DNA from: Chiloscyllium plagiosum
Taxonomy: Eukaryota
Reading direction: 5' to 3'
Assembly (NCBI RefSeq): GCF_004010195.1
Contig: NC_057719.1
Span: 21,834,576 to 21,855,795 of the forward strand
Length of the DNA: 21,220 bases
Position 1 is the stretch's first letter, and each line of letters starts with the position of its first letter. The notes beneath the pieces were generated by a model. The model worked only from the letters and a program-made list of their open reading frames with translations. It was not told where the DNA came from and ran no database searches. A program made the position numbers and the translations under genes. Positions 19,345 through 21,220 of this stretch are shown here, piece by piece.

Positions 19345-19555
19345 ACATCTATTGGCTGGACAATTTTCTTGCGATGTACAATGAGACCAACAGCATAGAT
19401 TTAATTCCTGCATTGGCTGAGGTTACCCCATTAGACTCTCCCTCTCAAACTCACCCCTCACCTGGGATATGGTGACCTCAGGCTAAACCACCATCAGTCA
19501 TCTCTCCCTAATGAGAGAGCAGCCCTACGGTCTGGTAAGACCATGACTATTTTAC
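19345..19555 (+). mobile_element. tRNA-derived SINE (second family)
   Basis: CCAACAGCATAGATTTAATTCCTGCATTGGCTGAGGTTACC...GGTGACCTCAGGCTAAACCACC...AATGAGAGAGCAGCCCTACGGTCTGGTAAGACCAT; reverse complement of 3175-3396. Confidence 0.8.
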
Positions 19556-20234
19556 CTTTCTAAGAATCACTTTGTTTTACTGTATTTCCTTCTTGGCTGG
19601 TCTTGGATCAGGTTGTTTTTGCATACAATGGTGACTTCTTTATCATGGCAGAAATCTGTGTAAATATGTGAATTAAAGAATGAATTATACTTAAGCTTTG
19701 AAACTGAATACACAAATTTCCTGGTTCCCATTGTGCCTAGATAGAGCAGCGATGCTTAAGAAAAGTAAGCAGAAAACAATGGCCTAAGAAAGTCATGACA
19801 CTCCACTTACAATCTGATGCATCTGACCATCACACAACAATAATTATAGATTAAGGAAAGCAAGCTGCAAGGTAATACAACAATGTTTAAATTGCAGACG
19901 AGTTGATCTCTGTGATATGAAATCACTGGAGGGTAATTTGAACCACAGAAACAGATGGGTTGGAGTTAGTTTTATATTTCGAATTCTAAAATCTCAAGCT
20001 GGACCTCAACATTCCAGTGTTCAGTTTTATTGGAGTCAAAGTGGCGGCAGGCAACAAATCAGGAGATGGATTGACCTTGGTTGAAATATTGGATACTTTG
20101 CTGTGGAAGCTCCTCATTGACCATCTCCCATAATTCTCCCACCTTTTTTCAATGGCCCAGTTCAGTGAAGAGTGTGAAGATTTCACTGATGATGTTCTAT
20201 ATTAGTCTACAGAAGGAACAGGTATGTTTTGACC

Positions 20235-20340
20235 AGATATATCTTTGCCTGCAGGAAAGATTCACAAGAATTGAGGAGATTCAGTAATGGAGAAGAATTG
20301 AAGCAATTGGGACTGTTCTTATTGGAGAGTTGAATTGATT
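20235..20340 (+). mobile_element. Short decayed CR1 ORF2 fragment
   Basis: LQERFTR...FSNGEELKQLGLFLLE resembles VQRRFTR...SYEERLxxLGLFSLE. Confidence 0.5.
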
Positions 20341-20365
20341 AAAACAATCACAGAAGCTAATCACA

Positions 20366-20695
20366 CTGGTTAGTACTACTGCTTCACAGCGCCTGGGACC
20401 CCGGGTTTGATTCCATCCTCAGGTGACTGTCTGTGTGGAGTTTGCACATTCTCCCTGTGTCTACATGGGCTTCCTTTGGGTGCTCTGGTTTCCTCCCAGA
20501 GTCCAAAGATGTGCTGCTTAAGTGGATTGGCCATGTTAAATTGCTGGTTGTTTCCAGGGATGTGAAGGCCAAGTGCAGGGAAATGCAGGATTACAGGTAT
20601 AGGGTAGGCAGGTGGGTCTGGATGCGATGCTGTTTGGAGGGTTAGTGTGGACTCGATGGACCAATGTGCCTGCTTCCACACTGTCAGGATTCTAT
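20366..20695 (+). mobile_element. HE1-like V-SINE, nearly full length
   Basis: TGGTTAGTACTACTGCTTCACAGCGCCTGGGACCCCGGGTTTGATTCC, V-domain, and tail CCTGCTTCCACACTGTCAGGATTCTAT. Confidence 0.92.
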
Positions 20696-20759
20696 TTTAA
20701 AAATTCTGTAAGTTACTGATGAATTTAAAAGTAAGACTGAGAAAGGACAGATCTGGGTA

Positions 20760-20983
20760 CTTTCTAGATGGTATGAAGTTAAATTCAATGTATAAAAGAC
20801 ACTTGGGGGTTTAGATGCATTGATCTTGTCACAAACAAGTGCAGAACATAATCAAGAAAGAATATTGCCTTTATATCGAGAGGGCTGGAGTCATGGATGC
20901 AGACGTTTTGCTGCAGTTATACAAAACCCCACTAGGTGTACTGTGAGCAGATCTAGGCATCACACTATATCAAGAATATCTTG
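20760..20983 (+). mobile_element. Decayed CR1 ORF2 fragment
   Basis: RHLGV...FISRGLESWxxDVLLQLYKT...YCEQI resembles RDLGV...FIxRGxEYKxxEVxLQLYKTLVRPxLEYC. Confidence 0.65.
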
Positions 20984-21220
20984 GCTGAAAATGTGTTGCT
21001 GGAAAAGCGCAGCAGGTCAGGCAGCATCCACGGAACAGGAGAATCGACATTTTGGGCATAATCCCTTCTTCAGGAATGAGGAAAGTGTGTCCAGCAGGCT
21101 AAGATAAAAGGTAGGGAGGAGGGACTTGGGGGAGGGGCGTTGGAAATGCGATAGGTGGAGGGAGGTCAAGGTGAGGGTGATAGGCCAGAGTGGGGTGGGA
21201 GCGGAGAGGTCAGGAAGAAG
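20984..21220 (-). mobile_element. Penelope-like element 3' end, continuing past the window edge
   Basis: The same terminal repeat as 6064-6156, followed by G/purine-rich element body. The minus-strand core CCUGAAGAAGGGAUUAUGCCCAAAAUGUC has a mutated GAAA box. Confidence 0.85.

Noticed and set aside
21100..21200. G-rich tract as a special G-quadruplex regulatory element
   Set aside because: It is part of the PLE body and not locus-specific.

Overview
This is eukaryotic (vertebrate) DNA, almost certainly from a cartilaginous fish. The HE1-type V-SINEs, CR1/HER1-like LINE tails and Penelope-like terminal repeats are shark-typical; a carpet or bamboo shark is a guess. I cannot confidently call any intact, recognisable protein-coding gene. 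Most of the window is nested transposon debris: (i) two fossil Gmr1-type Ty3/gypsy elements facing tail-to-tail, with gag zinc knuckle, protease and RNase H end on +, and integrase, RT, RNase H and PPT on -; (ii) many CR1 and jockey-group LINE fragments; (iii) four HE1-like SINEs and a second tRNA-SINE family; (iv) at least eight Penelope-like (PLE) termini, most carrying minimal hammerhead-ribozyme cores and several inserted as fold-back palindromes with target-site duplications (TSDs); (v) a ~1 kb composite retroposon built around a 21-bp minisatellite. The most unusual items are a perfect 42-bp-stem hairpin inside an otherwise very decayed gypsy fossil, the ribozyme-bearing palindromic mini-elements, a frameshift shared by both gypsy fossils, and a chain of four GT-AG exons on the minus strand at the left end (an unknown small gene or lncRNA). 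Family names come from motif recognition, not database searches.
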